Source of the DNA: Escherichia phage AV125
Sequence record: OR352955.1
Direction: 5' to 3' (one strand)
Length of the DNA stretch: 64,000 nucleotides
In this document: positions 9,144 to 18,000 of the stretch, piece by piece
Numbering within the stretch: the first letter of the stretch is position 1
Layout: every line of letters begins with the position of its first letter
Position numbers and translations under genes: made by a program
Notes under the pieces: model-generated
The model's database searches: none
Told to the model about the DNA's origin: nothing
Seen by the model: only the letters and a program-made list of their open reading frames with translations

Positions 9144-9350
9144 ATGTCTTGTTTTACAAAAGCAGTATCCATATGTAAGAAACAGTATGAAAGTGATTAC
9201 GGAATATTTAATATTCCAGCGGATCATACAGAGTATTGTTCATGTGGTGGCAGAATGAAGAAAACAGTGATTTATGCGGATAATGGAGATGAACTTGTTC
9301 CGGTTATTGTTTGCAAAGCTTGTCATTCTGTTAAAACATTAAAAGCGTAA
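9144..9350 (+). CDS. small Cys-rich protein
   Basis: 68 aa; CSCGG ... CKAC spaced cysteine pairs. Confidence 0.45.
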   Translation: MSCFTKAVSICKKQYESDYGIFNIPADHTEYCSCGGRMKKTVIYADNGDELVPVIVCKACHSVKTLKA

Positions 9351-9445
9351 GGAGTCGGGACACCCGACGATTGGAGCTAAAAATTTTGCGTACAACCCTT
9401 TTCGCCCAACAGGGGCGCGTCGGGTAAATAAAGAGGAGAGTTTAT

Positions 9446-9844
9446 ATGAAAAAGATCATCGTAGGTTTCTTGTTACTCATTGCATCACTTGGAACAGCAA
9501 ATGCGTCTCAAGTTTATGAGTGTGTGTCAGATGTGGTTGTTAAAAATCTGAAAGGTGAAGTGATTTCTGGTCCTAAGAAAATGGCTTCTGTTGTCATTAA
9601 TAAAGATAACTCCTTTATCCTTAAAAATTCAGGCGGTGCTTTGATGAGTGGCATTCTGCAATACACAGGAGAAAAAAGTAAAGATGGTAGTGCTATGTAC
9701 GGTTCACAACAATTTATTGGCACTACTGAAGTTGTGATGATGCGCACAGAGTATCGAGACACTTTGGCTTGGTTTGCATTTCTAAAAAATGATAAAACAA
9801 TAACGAATGTTCTTACTCTAGAAGCTGATTGTACGCAACGATAA
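9446..9844 (+). CDS. secreted protein (signal peptide)
   Basis: 132 aa; MKKIIVGFLLLIASLGTANAS signal-peptide-like; RBS AGAGGAGAG. Confidence 0.6.
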   Translation: MKKIIVGFLLLIASLGTANASQVYECVSDVVVKNLKGEVISGPKKMASVVINKDNSFILKNSGGALMSGILQYTGEKSKDGSAMYGSQQFIGTTEVVMMRTEYRDTLAWFAFLKNDKTITNVLTLEADCTQR

Positions 9845-9854
9845 GGGAGTATTT

Positions 9855-10301
9855 ATGACTAAAGTGCGACATTATGCTGTAAACTGCAATGATGTTTGGC
9901 GTTTGTGTCCTGATGATCCGACAGAAGGCACATTTGTAAGATATGAGGATTATAAAGAGTTATCGGATGCTGTGATCGCATTGTTAACTGATATCCGTTC
10001 ACGTTATCCAGGACAAGATTTCACTTGCCCTCACATCAAACTTCTTGCTTGTCTGGTAGAAGGTGAGAAAGAAGTGGAAGATGGCTTCAAGCGTGTAGAG
10101 TATCAAGGTGAAACTTTAGAGGTTCCTGAATTTGTTAATTATATTGCAACAGATTCGAGTGGCGAGCGTTATGGCTACAGCCATAAGCCAGAGATTCCTG
10201 ATTGGATTCCCGCTTGGAGATATTCCGTTAGTACCGGAGACTATATCTTCCTTGGTGTAGGTAGTAGTAAGGATTGGCGTTTCTCTTTGACAGAGGTTTA
10301 A
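9855..10301 (+). CDS. hypothetical protein
   Basis: 148-aa ORF. Confidence 0.55.
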   Translation: MTKVRHYAVNCNDVWRLCPDDPTEGTFVRYEDYKELSDAVIALLTDIRSRYPGQDFTCPHIKLLACLVEGEKEVEDGFKRVEYQGETLEVPEFVNYIATDSSGERYGYSHKPEIPDWIPAWRYSVSTGDYIFLGVGSSKDWRFSLTEV

Positions 10302-10305
10302 TAAT

Positions 10306-10569
10306 ATGGAAGAAACATTGCCAGCAGCATATCGTTTGAATGATGAGCGTATTTGGGAGTGGACCGACGTTTCTTGTTTTTACCCTGAAATAGTTCAATA
10401 TTGGCGAGCGAAAGGGTGTGTTGTAGTTATCAACCCTTGTGGACCAGTAGATGAAGATTGCTTGTATCTCGATGGGAAGTGGCACAGTTATTGTCGCTGG
10501 GCTTTTGAGTGGATGTGTAAAGAAGATCTCCCAGAGGGTTGGGAGTATCCAAAAGCAAATAGGAGATAA
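10306..10569 (+). CDS. hypothetical protein
   Basis: 87-aa ORF, Trp/Cys-rich. Confidence 0.5.
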   Translation: MEETLPAAYRLNDERIWEWTDVSCFYPEIVQYWRAKGCVVVINPCGPVDEDCLYLDGKWHSYCRWAFEWMCKEDLPEGWEYPKANRR

Positions 10570-10570
10570 T

Positions 10571-10933
10571 ATGTCTAAAGATTTTGTTGAAGTATTTGTC
10601 AAAGATGAAGAAACTGGTTTAGGCACGGGTTTCATTTGTGAAGAAACTTTTAAGCGTGAACAAGAAAAAGCTATTCTTATGCACCGCTATGATCATGCAT
10701 TAGAACAATGGAAAAATGCAGAACAAAAATGCAAAAACCTTTATGCAGAAAATAGAAAACTACAAGATCAAATGGAGTTGTTAGCTATCAGTTTACGATC
10801 TCTCATTTTGGCTGTAGAAGACGGTTTTAAAAATCCAGATGGTTTTCCTGTGAGCGATATTGAACATGATTTGTATCTTGCTCGTGGTGCTTACTTTTAT
10901 GTTAAACAGAAGTCTGTAGAAGGAGAGAAGTGA
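10571..10933 (+). CDS. hypothetical protein
   Basis: Start at ATG 10571 (RBS GGAG); the track ORF 10451..10933 would overlap the upstream gene in another frame. Confidence 0.5.
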   Translation: MSKDFVEVFVKDEETGLGTGFICEETFKREQEKAILMHRYDHALEQWKNAEQKCKNLYAENRKLQDQMELLAISLRSLILAVEDGFKNPDGFPVSDIEHDLYLARGAYFYVKQKSVEGEK

Positions 10934-11130
10934 TGGAAGAAAAACTGGAACGTATTATCGAGTTAGCCATGTCTATTGGCTACGACGATTGTTTTCTCCA
11001 AACTATTGGAGAAACACAGAACGATTACGACTCTTGGGTGAAAGAGTTGGAAGAACTCAAAACTTCCTTGATTGCTGACTTTGCTGAAGCAGAGGATAAA
11101 GCGGATCGTTACAACTATCTGTGTCGATAA
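10930..11130 (+). CDS. hypothetical protein
   Basis: 66-aa acidic ORF. Confidence 0.45.
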   Translation: MMEEKLERIIELAMSIGYDDCFLQTIGETQNDYDSWVKELEELKTSLIADFAEAEDKADRYNYLCR

Positions 11131-11134
11131 ACCT

Positions 11135-11163
11135 TGACATTTCTTTTATGTATGGTATACATA
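11135..11163 (+). promoter_or_regulatory. possible sigma70-like promoter
   Basis: TTGACA at 11135-11140 with TATACA-like -10 about 16-17 bp downstream. Confidence 0.35.
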
Positions 11164-11192
11164 CATTATCAACGTGAGCAAGGTGGTGTAAT

Positions 11193-11465
11193 ATGAATAA
11201 AGATCGGTTTCTTTCTTTAGTCGCGGAAGCGCCTTTTGATGTTCTTGGGGTGAGATTATGGAAAGACAGAAACTATGGGTTAGATGTTCAAACATATTCT
11301 CTTTGGTTGGTTGGGGAGCACAGCTTAGATGAAAGCTTGTGCATGGGTAGGGATTCTCGTTCCCTTTGTTTAAAGTTTAGAAGCTTAGAACGCGCAAACA
11401 AAGAGCAAGAAAAACTAACGAGGTGGCTAAATGAAAACAAGCGCAGGGTTGATGGAGTTTTATAA
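11193..11465 (+). CDS. hypothetical protein
   Basis: 90-aa ORF, RBS AAGGTGG. Confidence 0.5.
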   Translation: MNKDRFLSLVAEAPFDVLGVRLWKDRNYGLDVQTYSLWLVGEHSLDESLCMGRDSRSLCLKFRSLERANKEQEKLTRWLNENKRRVDGVL

Positions 11466-11757
11466 AATTTATCTAGCATGGATTGATGTTGGTGCTCCTG
11501 ATGGTAAACCTTTTCGGCGGGATTGTGGTTTGTGTGCCAACTTGTTCGATTATGTGCACAGAGGTAATTACAATCCCCTTATAACAACCTTGTCAGATGA
11601 AATGCACGCACAGTTTTACCACAAAGGGTTGAGTCAAGAATTACCCTTCAATGAGAACTACGATGCATATGTCTTAGAATCAGATGCAGGGGTATGTCAC
11701 CTGAACGTGGACAGGATTAATTGGGTAAGAGATCGTATTGCAGAGGAGGATGAATAA
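11431..11757 (+). CDS. family A small protein (paralog 4 of 7)
   Basis: FYKIYLAWIDVGAP, CGLCANL, ELPFN, RINWVRDRI. Confidence 0.7.
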   Translation: MKTSAGLMEFYKIYLAWIDVGAPDGKPFRRDCGLCANLFDYVHRGNYNPLITTLSDEMHAQFYHKGLSQELPFNENYDAYVLESDAGVCHLNVDRINWVRDRIAEEDE

Positions 11758-11984
11758 TGTCGGATTATAACTGGTATGAACTTGAAGCTGTTTGTCAGTT
11801 TTATGATTCAATAGTTCTGCGTGATCCAATCTGTCAAGAATTAAGTCGCCGTGCAAGTGCATTGGCAATCCGTGTTAAAATAAACGGTTGGAACGCAGAT
11901 TTGGAAAAAGAGTTGGCATTTCTCTTAGAAAACACGCGGGTCTTCCGCAAAGTGTTCCCTGAATGGTTTGAGATGGAGGAATAA
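11757..11984 (+). CDS. hypothetical protein
   Basis: 75-aa ORF, ATGA start-stop overlap. Confidence 0.5.
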   Translation: MSDYNWYELEAVCQFYDSIVLRDPICQELSRRASALAIRVKINGWNADLEKELAFLLENTRVFRKVFPEWFEMEE

Positions 11985-11986
11985 CC

Positions 11987-12202
11987 ATGTGGATTGTCCG
12001 TCTTAAATATGATGGTCCAGGTTCTTGGGTGCATAATGTTTGTGGTTGCGATTCCGAAGAAGCAGCACACAAAGCAGGAAGAGCAGTAAGTGCCTTCTAT
12101 AATGACAAACCTCTTTGTTTAGAGATGGCAGGTGTGGTGAGCATGAGTATGTTTGAATACTACTCCTATGATATTAAAAAACATGAAGGAGAGTGGAAAT
12201 GA
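11987..12202 (+). CDS. hypothetical protein
   Basis: 71-aa ORF. Confidence 0.5.
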   Translation: MWIVRLKYDGPGSWVHNVCGCDSEEAAHKAGRAVSAFYNDKPLCLEMAGVVSMSMFEYYSYDIKKHEGEWK

Positions 12203-12519
12203 GCGAAGAACTATTAACATTTTACCGCACGTATTTGGCATGGTTGGAAGCTGGTGCTCCTGAAGGTGAACCGTTCACCCGTTGCACAGGTTTGTGCTCT
12301 AACCTCTATGATTTTTACGATATGGGGGAAAGCGAACGATACGAACCTGTACTGGATGAAATGCATGAGCAGTTCTACCGCAAAGATTTGGTTATGGTAT
12401 TGCCTTTCAACAGTAATTTTGGAAAGTACACCTTAGAAGCGGAAAAAAGCCGCTGTCATTTGAATGTGGATCGTGTGAACTGGGTAAAAGAACGTGTAGC
12501 AGAAGAAATAATTGGTTGA
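12199..12519 (+). CDS. family A small protein (paralog 5 of 7)
   Basis: Start at ATG 12199; FYRTYLAWLEAGAP, TGLCSNL, VLPFN, RVNWVKERV. Confidence 0.7.
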   Translation: MSEELLTFYRTYLAWLEAGAPEGEPFTRCTGLCSNLYDFYDMGESERYEPVLDEMHEQFYRKDLVMVLPFNSNFGKYTLEAEKSRCHLNVDRVNWVKERVAEEIIG

Positions 12520-12573
12520 CAGAAGGATCTGTCTTTGTCATAATCATCTCATCGAAACAGAGAGGAGAAAATC

Positions 12574-12987
12574 ATGAAAAAATTTATTTGCACCCGTTCC
12601 ACTAACAGTGATATCCTTGTAGGTAAGGTTATCAAAGGAGAACTCTTCCATGCAAATGGTAAGAAATATATCCTGCTGAAAGATTCTTTCAACGGGGAAT
12701 ATCCGCGCTGCACTTTCTTTAATTACAACACTCCATTTGCTTTAGAAGGAGATGCTTGGGAATGGGCTGAACTCAATCCTTGTTGTGAAGAAGAAGAATC
12801 TATGTTCTTAGGTTTAAACGTTTACCGTGTAGATTACACCATGTGCGGAGCGGAACATTCTGTTCGCGTAGAAGCCGAATCCAAACTACAAGCACCTTTC
12901 AAGGCAGGATTGACTTTGGGTCATTGTTTGGCAAACATTGAAGATGTTGTGATCCAAAGAGTTGTTTTAGAGAAAGAGGCTATTTGA
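12574..12987 (+). CDS. hypothetical protein
   Basis: 137-aa ORF, RBS GAGAGGAGA. Confidence 0.55.
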   Translation: MKKFICTRSTNSDILVGKVIKGELFHANGKKYILLKDSFNGEYPRCTFFNYNTPFALEGDAWEWAELNPCCEEEESMFLGLNVYRVDYTMCGAEHSVRVEAESKLQAPFKAGLTLGHCLANIEDVVIQRVVLEKEAI

Positions 12988-13041
12988 CAGAAGACGGTAC
13001 AATATTTAAAATATAAAGATTAACCACAAAAGGAGAGAAAC

Positions 13042-13341
13042 ATGCAAGTTGAAGACCTGATCAAGATTCTGAATAAAGCCAAAGAGAAGGGTGCTATCAA
13101 AGACTGGAAACGTGAAACAAGTGAAGACCTATCTCACTGTTGCCGAGAATTTTACATCGAAGGTATTGCTGACGATCATTATATTATCGAATGGTATATC
13201 AACTTAATGACTCTTAAGCACGGTTCGTTTGAGGTTTGGTTTGATGATATTGATGTAAATGGTTTTCATCCTGGCTATAAAATCGCTATGCAGTTATCTT
13301 ATCGTAGAGAAGTTGTAGCACATTTGGGTTTACATAACTAA
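13042..13341 (+). CDS. hypothetical protein
   Basis: 99-aa ORF, RBS AAAGGAGAG. Confidence 0.55.
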   Translation: MQVEDLIKILNKAKEKGAIKDWKRETSEDLSHCCREFYIEGIADDHYIIEWYINLMTLKHGSFEVWFDDIDVNGFHPGYKIAMQLSYRREVVAHLGLHN

Positions 13342-13351
13342 GGAGAAAAGA

Positions 13352-13675
13352 ATGCAAGCAGTTGTTAACGAAGCTATTATGAACTTATCCTTTTTGTTAG
13401 CTGGTTTAGGAGGTGTTCTCATAGGTTTGGCTCTTATCTGGTGTATTCGTCGATTAATCGGGTACCGACAAAAAGGTGTTTCATGTTTTGTATCTTACAA
13501 TTTTACAACTGCTTACAGCAATGAGGTTGGATCTGGCAATGCTCAAGCATTTTTACCAACATATCCTCCTACGGTGGAAGATATTCGAAACTTGGAAGTA
13601 GAACTTATGGGACTAAGTGATAACTATACATCTCTAGTTATTCAAAATATTTTTCGACTAAAACAGGAGGCGTGA
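13352..13675 (+). CDS. membrane protein
   Basis: 107 aa; LSFLLAGLGGVLIGLALIWCI is one predicted TM segment. Confidence 0.5.
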   Translation: MQAVVNEAIMNLSFLLAGLGGVLIGLALIWCIRRLIGYRQKGVSCFVSYNFTTAYSNEVGSGNAQAFLPTYPPTVEDIRNLEVELMGLSDNYTSLVIQNIFRLKQEA

Positions 13676-13888
13676 ATGAAGGTACATTACCCTCATCCCT
13701 TTGATCCTAAAAACAAAGCCGTAATTCTTCGTCAGTGGCAACGGGTTTGTCGTACTAAATGTCCAATCAATAGCCCACACAATGTAGACAAGGACTATCT
13801 TGGGACATTTGTTGAATACACTTACATAGACAAAAACAAGCGTAAACAACATGTCGAGGAATACTGCTTAAGAGTAGAATGGCTGTAA
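13676..13888 (+). CDS. hypothetical protein
   Basis: 70-aa basic ORF. Confidence 0.45.
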   Translation: MKVHYPHPFDPKNKAVILRQWQRVCRTKCPINSPHNVDKDYLGTFVEYTYIDKNKRKQHVEEYCLRVEWL

Positions 13889-13890
13889 AT

Positions 13891-13919
13891 AATAAATACC
13901 TTGACAAGTGTTTATTCGT
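13891..13919 (+). promoter_or_regulatory. sigma70-like promoter upstream of recombinase gene
   Basis: TTGACA 13891-13896, 17-bp spacer, TAAAGT 13914-13919. Confidence 0.5.
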
Positions 13920-13958
13920 TTTGTAAAGTGAGGATACAGCAATGGTTTAGGAGTGGTT

Positions 13959-14630
13959 ATGAAAAAGTTTGTTGTTTACAGTCGTCTTTCTAAACAGAAA
14001 AAAGGTGAGGCACAATATGGTATGGAGAGCCAAGAGAACGATATCCGTTACTTCTTAGACTCTGTGCCTGATGCGGAAGTTATTGGTCAATTTTCTGAAT
14101 ACTATTCGGGTAAGGGCGATTGGAAGCAACGTAAGGAACTGGTTAAAGCGGTTGAAATGTGTAAAGCTACCGGAGCAACTTTATTGGTAGCTAAAGTTGA
14201 CCGCTTGGGTCGTAACAACGCCTCCGTAGCAACTCTTCTAGAAATGATCGATGTTAAGATAGCCATCATGCCAGACGCAGATAAAATGGTTATACAGCTT
14301 CTGTCTGTTCTGGCTGAACAAGAAGTTAGAGGTATTGCTGATCGTATTAAAAAGGGTCTTGCTGTAGCAAAAAGCAAAGGTGTTTTATTAGGCAGTGCTA
14401 ATCCTAAAACTGCCGCTGCACGTAGAAAAGGAAAAATGGAATACAACTCTGTTAAAGCAGACGCTTTTGCAGAGACATTCCGTGAACGTTTGGAGATCCT
14501 TAGAGATTTAAATACACCTTACAAAACTATTGCTGAAAAATTCAATAGTAAGAAAATAGCAACAGCACGTGGTGGTAAATGGGATGCTAAAACTGTTTCT
14601 CGTTTGTGTGCCAGACTGAACATTAAATAG
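13959..14630 (+). CDS. serine recombinase (resolvase/invertase family)
   Basis: YSRLSKQ near N-terminus (catalytic Ser region), VAKVDRLGRN (DRLxR motif), C-terminal HTH-like TIAEKFN...TVSRL; 223 aa. Confidence 0.6.
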   Translation: MKKFVVYSRLSKQKKGEAQYGMESQENDIRYFLDSVPDAEVIGQFSEYYSGKGDWKQRKELVKAVEMCKATGATLLVAKVDRLGRNNASVATLLEMIDVKIAIMPDADKMVIQLLSVLAEQEVRGIADRIKKGLAVAKSKGVLLGSANPKTAAARRKGKMEYNSVKADAFAETFRERLEILRDLNTPYKTIAEKFNSKKIATARGGKWDAKTVSRLCARLNIK

Positions 14631-14638
14631 GAGAGGAT

Positions 14639-15061
14639 ATGAAACAAGAAAATGAATCTGTAGATCACTTAATCATGCTGTCAGCCCTTTTTGCCGGATG
14701 GGACGTATTTTTTGAAAATTTGTTCAATTCTGCTACAGATGGTTCCGATTTTATGCGCCAGTTTAAACGACGAACTGTTGAGGACTATGCTTTCTATTCA
14801 GGTCGGATTGAAAAAGGTTACGAAGATACAAATACAACACTCACCATTAAAGTTTTAGATGTGATGTTTAGTGTTATAGATGCTATCGACGAAAGTCTTC
14901 CGATCCTAGACAATTGTAATACGAAAGCCTATGTTTACAAAATAGCTCGTGCTTATGTGTCTGCAAACAGTTGTCTTCTTTCCACCCAGATTGCCGTGAA
15001 CAATCTTGCCAACTTGTTTGACGAAGGAGAAACTTTTTATGACAATCGATTTGAAGTGTAA
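14639..15061 (+). CDS. hypothetical protein
   Basis: 140-aa ORF. Confidence 0.5.
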   Translation: MKQENESVDHLIMLSALFAGWDVFFENLFNSATDGSDFMRQFKRRTVEDYAFYSGRIEKGYEDTNTTLTIKVLDVMFSVIDAIDESLPILDNCNTKAYVYKIARAYVSANSCLLSTQIAVNNLANLFDEGETFYDNRFEV

Positions 15062-15404
15062 GAGGATTCTTTTAGATTTCTATAATAATTGGTTAGAACA
15101 CCTCCGTCTCTTTCCAAGAGAAAGTGGTTACGCTGATGTTGGCTTATGCCGAGGTCTGCGTATGTATATAAGTGATGAATTTCGGTCCGAGCATTCTTTA
15201 GCATATTCTGTTTATGGTATGCAATTAGCCAGTTTTGAAAACGCTGGCTTAGATACAACTTTCCCATTTAACACAGCAAAATCTTTTGAGCAAGAGTGTA
15301 AGGAAAAACGTTGCATGTTTAATGAAAAACGTGTACAGTGGGTTAAGGATCGAGTTAAACAATTGGAACAAGAGTTGGATTTCTTTTATGACGAGGCAGA
15401 ATAA
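15039..15404 (+). CDS. family A small protein (paralog 6 of 7)
   Basis: Start at ATG 15039 (RBS GAAGGAGA); FYNNWLEHL, VGLCRGL, TFPFN, RVQWVKDRV. Confidence 0.65.
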   Translation: MTIDLKCKRILLDFYNNWLEHLRLFPRESGYADVGLCRGLRMYISDEFRSEHSLAYSVYGMQLASFENAGLDTTFPFNTAKSFEQECKEKRCMFNEKRVQWVKDRVKQLEQELDFFYDEAE

Positions 15405-15676
15405 TGGATAGACAAACCTTAAAAACAATGGCAGATGCTACTAATTCCCCGTACTTTGAAAAAGTAAGTAAATTGGTAGTTCAAGCCGCAGAGGAAGGAT
15501 ATTATAACATAAACATCCACAACCCAAATCTTATACTAGAAATGCCAAGCGATAAGAAGATACAAGAGAGTATCTGTGAAGGTATTGTTAGTTACTGGCG
15601 CGAGCGTGGGTGTGGTGCAAACATGGCTTTAGACAGTGCAAACATTGTAAGATATATAAATATTTCTTGGGGGTGA
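15404..15676 (+). CDS. hypothetical protein
   Basis: 90-aa ORF. Confidence 0.5.
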   Translation: MDRQTLKTMADATNSPYFEKVSKLVVQAAEEGYYNINIHNPNLILEMPSDKKIQESICEGIVSYWRERGCGANMALDSANIVRYINISWG

Positions 15677-15680
15677 TTTT

Positions 15681-16292
15681 ATGATTCAATGCACTCATAT
15701 CCAAATTACTTGGAGAGATGAACTTTACCATTTGGGACAATTTACTGTAGGGGAAACATACCCTGTCATTAAACATAATCCTAACATCGCAAACTTTGAC
15801 AGGATGGTTCTTGTTGAGGACGATCTAGGTCAAACTTATTCTTTAGATCTAAAATATCCGTTTTCTTACGGCTACGATTGGATCGTTACTTTTGAAGACG
15901 TGGAGGAAAATAAAGCAATGAACGAAAAAAATTCTTGGTATTATCGTTGTGAACTGCCGCCAGTAGGTGAAAAGGTTATCTTTGTTCCTGATTTGGAAAG
16001 ATATTCTTGGGACAGTTCTTATTCTGTTCCTAAAGAAGGCACCGAAGTTGAAGTTATTGCACATCGCACAACTTCACATGGTAACGATGTAGCAGTTGTT
16101 TTCTGGGATGATGAAGGCGCTGCTTGTGCAGGTGGCTTTGTTGCAGGTAATTTTGAACCCCTGCCAGATCCTTTGAAGGAGGCAATTTTAGGCGTAGCTT
16201 CTTTTGGACTCTCTTACACATCTGCACAAGAGATCGTAGAAGGTATTTTAAACGGTACCGTTCCAAACGAAATTTTTAAACAGATTAAATAG
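15681..16292 (+). CDS. hypothetical protein
   Basis: 203-aa ORF; followed by hairpin at 16299. Confidence 0.55.
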   Translation: MIQCTHIQITWRDELYHLGQFTVGETYPVIKHNPNIANFDRMVLVEDDLGQTYSLDLKYPFSYGYDWIVTFEDVEENKAMNEKNSWYYRCELPPVGEKVIFVPDLERYSWDSSYSVPKEGTEVEVIAHRTTSHGNDVAVVFWDDEGAACAGGFVAGNFEPLPDPLKEAILGVASFGLSYTSAQEIVEGILNGTVPNEIFKQIK

Positions 16293-16298
16293 TAGTTG

Positions 16299-16322
16299 CA
16301 CCCCGTTCTGCGGGGTGTTATT
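16299..16322 (+). terminator. stem-loop, possible terminator
   Basis: CACCCCG-ttctg-CGGGGTG hairpin then T-rich run. Confidence 0.5.
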
Positions 16323-16343
16323 GTATACGTAAAGGAGGCGCTA

Positions 16344-16703
16344 ATGTATTACACTGAAGACTACATATTGTATAACTTTTTTAAAGGCTGGTTGGAATGG
16401 GCGGAAAAAGCTCCTGTTGGAGATTGTGTTTTTCCTTGGGACTCTCGTCAAGGTTTGTGTCGTTGTTTGGAAGACTGGCTTATAACCACAAGCTACAATT
16501 CAGAGACTAAGAAATCTACATCAAAGAGACTAAAAATGTTATTTGAAGAAGATGGTTTAGATCCGATTTATCCTTTCGGTGCTGAAAGCTTCCACAATGG
16601 TCTTTTTCTTGGCACTCAACATTATGACAAAGATCGCGTAGATTGGGTAAAAGAAAAGGTAGCACAGTATGAATGGGGGCTAAGACTTATCATCGTTGGT
16701 TAG
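16344..16703 (+). CDS. family A small protein (paralog 7 of 7, most divergent)
   Basis: Start at ATG 16344 (RBS AAAGGAGG); FFKGWLEWAEKAP, QGLCRCL, IYPFG, RVDWVKEKV. Confidence 0.65.
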   Translation: MYYTEDYILYNFFKGWLEWAEKAPVGDCVFPWDSRQGLCRCLEDWLITTSYNSETKKSTSKRLKMLFEEDGLDPIYPFGAESFHNGLFLGTQHYDKDRVDWVKEKVAQYEWGLRLIIVG

Positions 16704-16873
16704 AAAGTTATATTAAGAAATGTGAACTTGGTGTTCCAGGCTATACTTACGACACGGACGAGATCCTTGATGAAATGGAAGTTTGGTTTAAAGATCCTCG
16801 TGAACTATTGGAAAACATTCTAATGGCTTGGGATGGTACGGCACAAAGCATTGAAGGAGGTAGAAATGAGTAA
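16673..16873 (+). CDS. hypothetical protein
   Basis: 66-aa ORF overlapping 3' end of upstream gene by 31 nt. Confidence 0.35.
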   Translation: MGAKTYHRWLESYIKKCELGVPGYTYDTDEILDEMEVWFKDPRELLENILMAWDGTAQSIEGGRNE

Positions 16874-17000
16874 GAAATTGTTTAATATTCGTGAGAACCG
16901 TGATGGATCGTTCTCTGTAGTCAATGAGTTTAACGTTTCGGTTGGGACTTTTATTACTAAACGTCAAGCAGAACAAGTAAGAGATACTTTAAACAAGTAA
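16866..17000 (+). CDS. small hypothetical protein (44 aa)
   Basis: ATG 16866 with RBS GGAGGTAGAA; MSKKLFNIRENRDG...; below track cut-off. Confidence 0.35.
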   Translation: MSKKLFNIRENRDGSFSVVNEFNVSVGTFITKRQAEQVRDTLNK

Positions 17001-17017
17001 ATTTTTAAGGGGGACTT

Positions 17018-17437
17018 ATGTTAGGTAAGATCAAAGCCTTTTTCAAACGTATTATCGAAGGAAGTCCAACAGAAGGTGCATTAGGAAGATCTCTAACAGG
17101 AGAACCGCTTGCCATAATTTCTATCAGTCGGTATGGTGGATATTCAATTAAACAAACACCTTTAGGTATAGAAGGTAGTATGCTTTCTTGGACAATATCT
17201 CAAGTTGGTGATAATAGGCTTGCAGCTATAGCATTGCTTCGTGGGGAGTATGACTATTGTTTATCAGCACCTTGTAAAAAGCACCTCATAGAGCACATTA
17301 GAGACAGAGTAGAAAGAGAAGGCGGATACTTCTTCGAAACTAAGAGAAACAAACAAGGAACTCTTGACTTCACTAAGGTTTACTGGGACAATCATACTCG
17401 TCAAACTGTTGAACAACTTCTGGAGGAAAGATGTTAA
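17018..17437 (+). CDS. hypothetical protein
   Basis: 139-aa ORF, RBS AAGGGGGA. Confidence 0.55.
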   Translation: MLGKIKAFFKRIIEGSPTEGALGRSLTGEPLAIISISRYGGYSIKQTPLGIEGSMLSWTISQVGDNRLAAIALLRGEYDYCLSAPCKKHLIEHIRDRVEREGGYFFETKRNKQGTLDFTKVYWDNHTRQTVEQLLEERC

Positions 17438-17640
17438 AAGCTTTTGCTATATACTCTACTGTAGGATTCTTTTATTGGATTATAGTTATTGTTGGATGTT
17501 GGTTAGGTTCTTGTGTTGTGATGGGAGAATGGTTAACATACAATGTATTTGAATGGGATGTAGTTTGTAGATCATTACTTGTTATATGGACTGTTATTGT
17601 TTGTTGGATAACTGTTAGTCTAACATTGGATCTATACTGA
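17431..17640 (+). CDS. small membrane protein (two predicted TM helices)
   Basis: 69 aa, strongly hydrophobic (FFYWIIVIVGCWLGSCVV ... VIWTVIVCWITVSL). Confidence 0.5.
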   Translation: MLKAFAIYSTVGFFYWIIVIVGCWLGSCVVMGEWLTYNVFEWDVVCRSLLVIWTVIVCWITVSLTLDLY

Positions 17641-17933
17641 TTAATAGATGGTAGATAGATGATCATAGTTTATCTACCTTCACTTACGTTTCATACCTCA
17701 CTATCGTGAGTAACATGAAACATTATTATATAGAAATCTACTACTCGCTATCGCTCGTAAACATATGTTTAGGGTACCATATTTTTTTGAAAAAGTCAAT
17801 GCTGATTCACCTATCAATTATCTGTTTAAGATAAGTCTTACCTATCAATCTAACTCTTAACTAGTATTGCACCTATAGTAAGACTATTCCTATAGTTATT
17901 AACCCTCTTCTTCTGTAGAATGTAATTAGATCC

Positions 17934-17962
17934 TTGACAAACTCACAAAGCTTATGTTACAT
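17934..17962 (+). promoter_or_regulatory. possible sigma70-like promoter
   Basis: TTGACA 17934-17939, weak -10 TTACAT 17 bp downstream, upstream of 18001 gene. Confidence 0.35.
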
Positions 17963-18000
17963 TGTGTCTCACAAGTGAATAATACCAAACAGGAGGAAGA

